Below, piece after piece: positions 61,210 through 64,000 of a DNA stretch of 64,000 bases. Origin of the DNA: Zygnema circumcarinatum SAG 698-1b (Eukaryota; Plantae; Zygnematophyceae); contig CM074805.1 of the NCBI GenBank assembly GCA_037447605.1, positions 2,327,361-2,391,360 of the forward strand, given 5' to 3'. The notes beneath the pieces are model-generated. The model made no database searches. It had not been told where the DNA came from and saw only the letters and a program-made list of their open reading frames with translations. A program made the translations under genes and the position numbers. Numbering within the stretch: position 1 is the first letter of the stretch; every line of letters begins with the position of its first letter.

Positions 61210-61314
61210 TGTCAGCTTTGTGTTTCCTCCTGTCAGTTTTCGGTTTCCTCTTGTCAGATTTAGGTCTCCTTATGTCAGATTTAGGTCTCCTTATGTCAGC
61301 TTCAAATTTCCTTT
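61210..61314 (+). repeat. 21-bp minisatellite, ~5 copies (2 perfect)
   Basis: TGTCAGCTTTGTGTTTCCTCC / TGTCAGTTTTCGGTTTCCTCT / TGTCAGATTTAGGTCTCCTTA x2 / TGTCAGCTTCAAATTTCCTTT. Confidence 0.8.
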
Positions 61315-63150
61315 GCATCTCTTCATTGTGAGCATCCTCGCCGCACACGTCCCAAGGATCATGACTTCCTCCGTCGGTGGGAGAAGACTGTCTTATGAGC
61401 CAGCTGCTGCATGCTTCTCAATGTATGAGGGGGAATTTGTTAGGACGCGCTGGAAGGGAGTGGTTCCCACAGGACGGCTCCTGGATCGTTCGAGATTTTA
61501 GTCGTTTTGTCGCGTGATTTACGAAAGCGCTCGCAAGTTTGAGGACATGCAAATCAGTTTCTCACGCGACAGTCGAAATGTGCATTCACTTCCATGGCTG
61601 TGGTCCGTTCCCTCTCTGTGAAGAAGACTTATCTCGAGGGGGTCATGCAGAGTTACAGTATTGGATTTGCAGACTGTCCTTTGGAAGCCGTTCATTGAGA
61701 ACAATGGCGTCTATCCCTGTGCGCAGACGCCAGTCAATAAGCACAACGCCCATGTAGAGCCATCGCAGAACCCTATGAACCCCAAGAGACCAACTGTTCT
61801 GAAGCTCTTGCTAGTCTATGTCTTGAGCGATCCCATCCGATGGCGGGCCATCCGGTCAAAGACACCACCGCCTTGCTGCCCACCGTAACGCCCAAGCAAG
61901 GACTCCCAATTTCCTCCCGGAAACCCGCGAGCTGCGCCAAAAATTCCCAAATGGCGGGTCCCAGCGAAGCGATTTTTTTCCACCACTTGAAAGCAGCACC
62001 GTACCGTGGCCGCTGACTGCGACTGACTGATTTCTGATTGACTGACTGACTAACTGCCAGCTGCCCGCCTCCCTCCCGACTCGAAAATTTTCCGACGGGT
62101 TCTGTTCTGTCTGTTCGCACGTCCGGGTGACCGTACGGTACGGCCGAGCGAGACGTGCCCGCGGCCGGCACCGACAGCAGGACCGACCGACCGGCTGACC
62201 GACTGACCGACCGCGCGATCCCCGCCGTCCGCTGGGCGCCACGATCCGATCGGGCGGTCCGCGTCGCGACGGGAAGGCCGCCCAAGGCCAGCCTCCAGGT
62301 GCAGGGCAGGTGTGACGTCATGGTTGCCAGTGCTGACGAGGCAATCAGTCCGAACCTAAAGGCTCCCTCGCAAAAGTCAAACAGCCGTACCAGTGGCGAT
62401 AATGGGTGCCTCCAAAACGATTTTTGTCCTGCCCGGGACCGCGGGAGGGGCAGCATGGGGCCAAAACTCGAAAAAATCTGACGTTTTGTGTTCGTCAGCA
62501 AGCTGCCGGCTCTCAGTTTCCCGTTGAAAACCGCTGGCGGCCATGTACTCAAACCTAGTTTTACATTTACTATTTTGTCATTTTTAAGAAAGAAAACGAC
62601 AGCGTCAAGTCGACGTGGCGACCATCGGAGCACGAAATTTGACCTGGTCGGTGGGATCTAACGGTACTGATGCGCCACGTGTCCGACTTCACATATTGGG
62701 GGCCACCCCCCCCCCGCGGCCTCCCCGCCGGTTTCAAGCTGGAGCCGCTCGTGCGGACGGCTCGCAACTCTGGTTAAGAAACCCGAGGCGGGCTGCGCTC
62801 GCAACTTGAGTGAAAAACTGAAAAGGAAAAACGGGACGTGACAGGACCAATGCCCGCGTGCACTACAGTACAGTATTGCTTGGACCGCCCGTCCGGACGG
62901 CCCGCCTGCCGGCCCTCCCCCGTGCGCCCGCCGCCCTTGGAGGCGCATGCACCCGCGGCCACGCTCGCAGCCTTCACAGCGTGGCCTCGCCTCCGCCTTC
63001 GACGCGCTATGGCTGTTGGTGACCGTCCGATGGCCAGCCGCCCCACCCTTCCTTCACGCCACGTGGCTATGTCGACCTTCGCGGCTGCTGCCAGAGCCAT
63101 GTTGTTGTTGTTGTTGGCCCTAGAAGCAAAGTTCCGCTCATGACTCTCGT

Positions 63151-63223
63151 CCTGAGGTCCTTCGCGACCCGTTCCTCGTGGTTCCTCATGTTGCCTTTGT
63201 CCATGCTCACTTGATGGCATCGC
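63151..63223 (-). repeat. Copy 3 of the ~85-bp dispersed repeat
   Basis: Reverse complement: GCGATGCCATCAAGTGAGCATGGACAAAGGCAACATGAGGAACCACGAGGAACGGGTCGCGAAGGACCTCAGG. Confidence 0.75.
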
Positions 63224-63977
63224 GCTCGCGAGCCCCATGCCCCATCCAATCCCAGATCGCCCCCATGACGACCGCGCCTGCGCCAGAGGCTCATGTCATG
63301 TCATGTCCGGGTTCGCATTCGAGGGGTCCGAGGATCGTCGCGTGGCCGGACGGCCAACCGGCGGCCGGCAGGTGCCGGTGCCGGTTGCCGGCCGCCGGTT
63401 GGCCGGCTCGCCAGGGTCCCCCCGCCGGCGGCCGGGGACCGCCGTCCCCATCCCGTCCCCGTCCCTGTCCCCGTCCCCGCGCTCGTCGTCCCGAAGCGGC
63501 GCGCCGACACATTGTCCGTGGCGGGGCGGGCGGGCGGGTGGGCGGGCGGGCGGCGCAATTCGCGTTCCGGCGAGCGGTCCCTCCCTCCCTCACGCGGGGC
63601 TCCGCGCGCTCGAGCAAGCGCGGTTGGTTGCGGCGGTCACCGGCGGTCACCGACGGTTCGGAGGCGTCGCATCTACCGGAAGCGGGGCGCTCTGAGACGC
63701 GCTCTGCAACTGACACGTGGAGGGGGGATGGACAGGTGGCCGGGGAGGAGGGAGGGAGGGAGAGGGGGAGAGAAGGGGAGGAGAGAGGGAGAGGGGGGGA
63801 GGAGAGAGGGAGAGTGGGGGAAGGGAACGAAGCGTTGGAGTGAATACGTCGTTGCTGGAGGCATGGAAAGGAGGCAGGTTCGGGGGATGGACGTGAGGAG
63901 TGCGTAGGGAGAGCGTTTAGGGTTGGGAGGTTTTCTGGTCGGGAGGGCGCTTAGGGTTGGTAGCGAGGGAGGAAGAC

Positions 63978-64000
63978 ATGGCGACGGTTGAAGTTAGCAA
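63978..64000 (+). CDS. Possible start of the next gene (MATVEVS...), truncated by the window edge
   Basis: GACATGGCG in a good plant Kozak context after a GA-rich leader and TTAGGGTT telo-box-like motifs. Too short to identify. Confidence 0.3.

Noticed and set aside
62600-63910. Multiple overlapping Arg/Pro/Gly-rich ORFs
   Set aside because: GC-rich promoter and repeat DNA with few stop codons in any frame, and no recognisable domains.

Overview
Eukaryotic nuclear scaffold from a green plant. Plant-type genes, short GT-AG introns of about 90-150 nt and roughly 50% GC suggest a non-seed streptophyte such as a charophyte alga (inference). There are four 10-N assembly gaps. Positions 1-10 kb hold a decayed Ty3/gypsy LTR retrotransposon (PBS-iMet, gag CCHC knuckle, PR-RT-RH with frameshifts) enclosed by a long inverted-repeat family. 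Next come a COPT/Ctr copper transporter (+) and, convergent with it, the most unusual locus: an intron-rich gene (14524-20175, -) encoding a membrane-bound single-module NRPS-like enzyme. It has an adenylation domain, a thiolation domain and three units of 2 TM helices plus a left-handed beta-helix, which is the epsilon-poly-L-lysine synthetase (Pls) architecture, but the A domain looks like an acyl-CoA ligase. The rest is a compact run of housekeeping and regulatory genes: MLH1 (-), PUR2/GAR synthetase (+), TOM1-like VHS-GAT (-), CDC27/APC3 (+, with two GC-AG introns), a U2B''/U1A/SNF-type snRNP protein (+), HY5 (-), a conserved uncharacterised plastid-targeted protein (+) and an intronless TM9SF/TMN (+). 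Two MITEs and several short dispersed repeats lie between genes. No rRNA, tRNA or CRISPR array was found. Exon boundaries were derived by hand from the sequence, and family assignments come from remembered motifs, not database searches.
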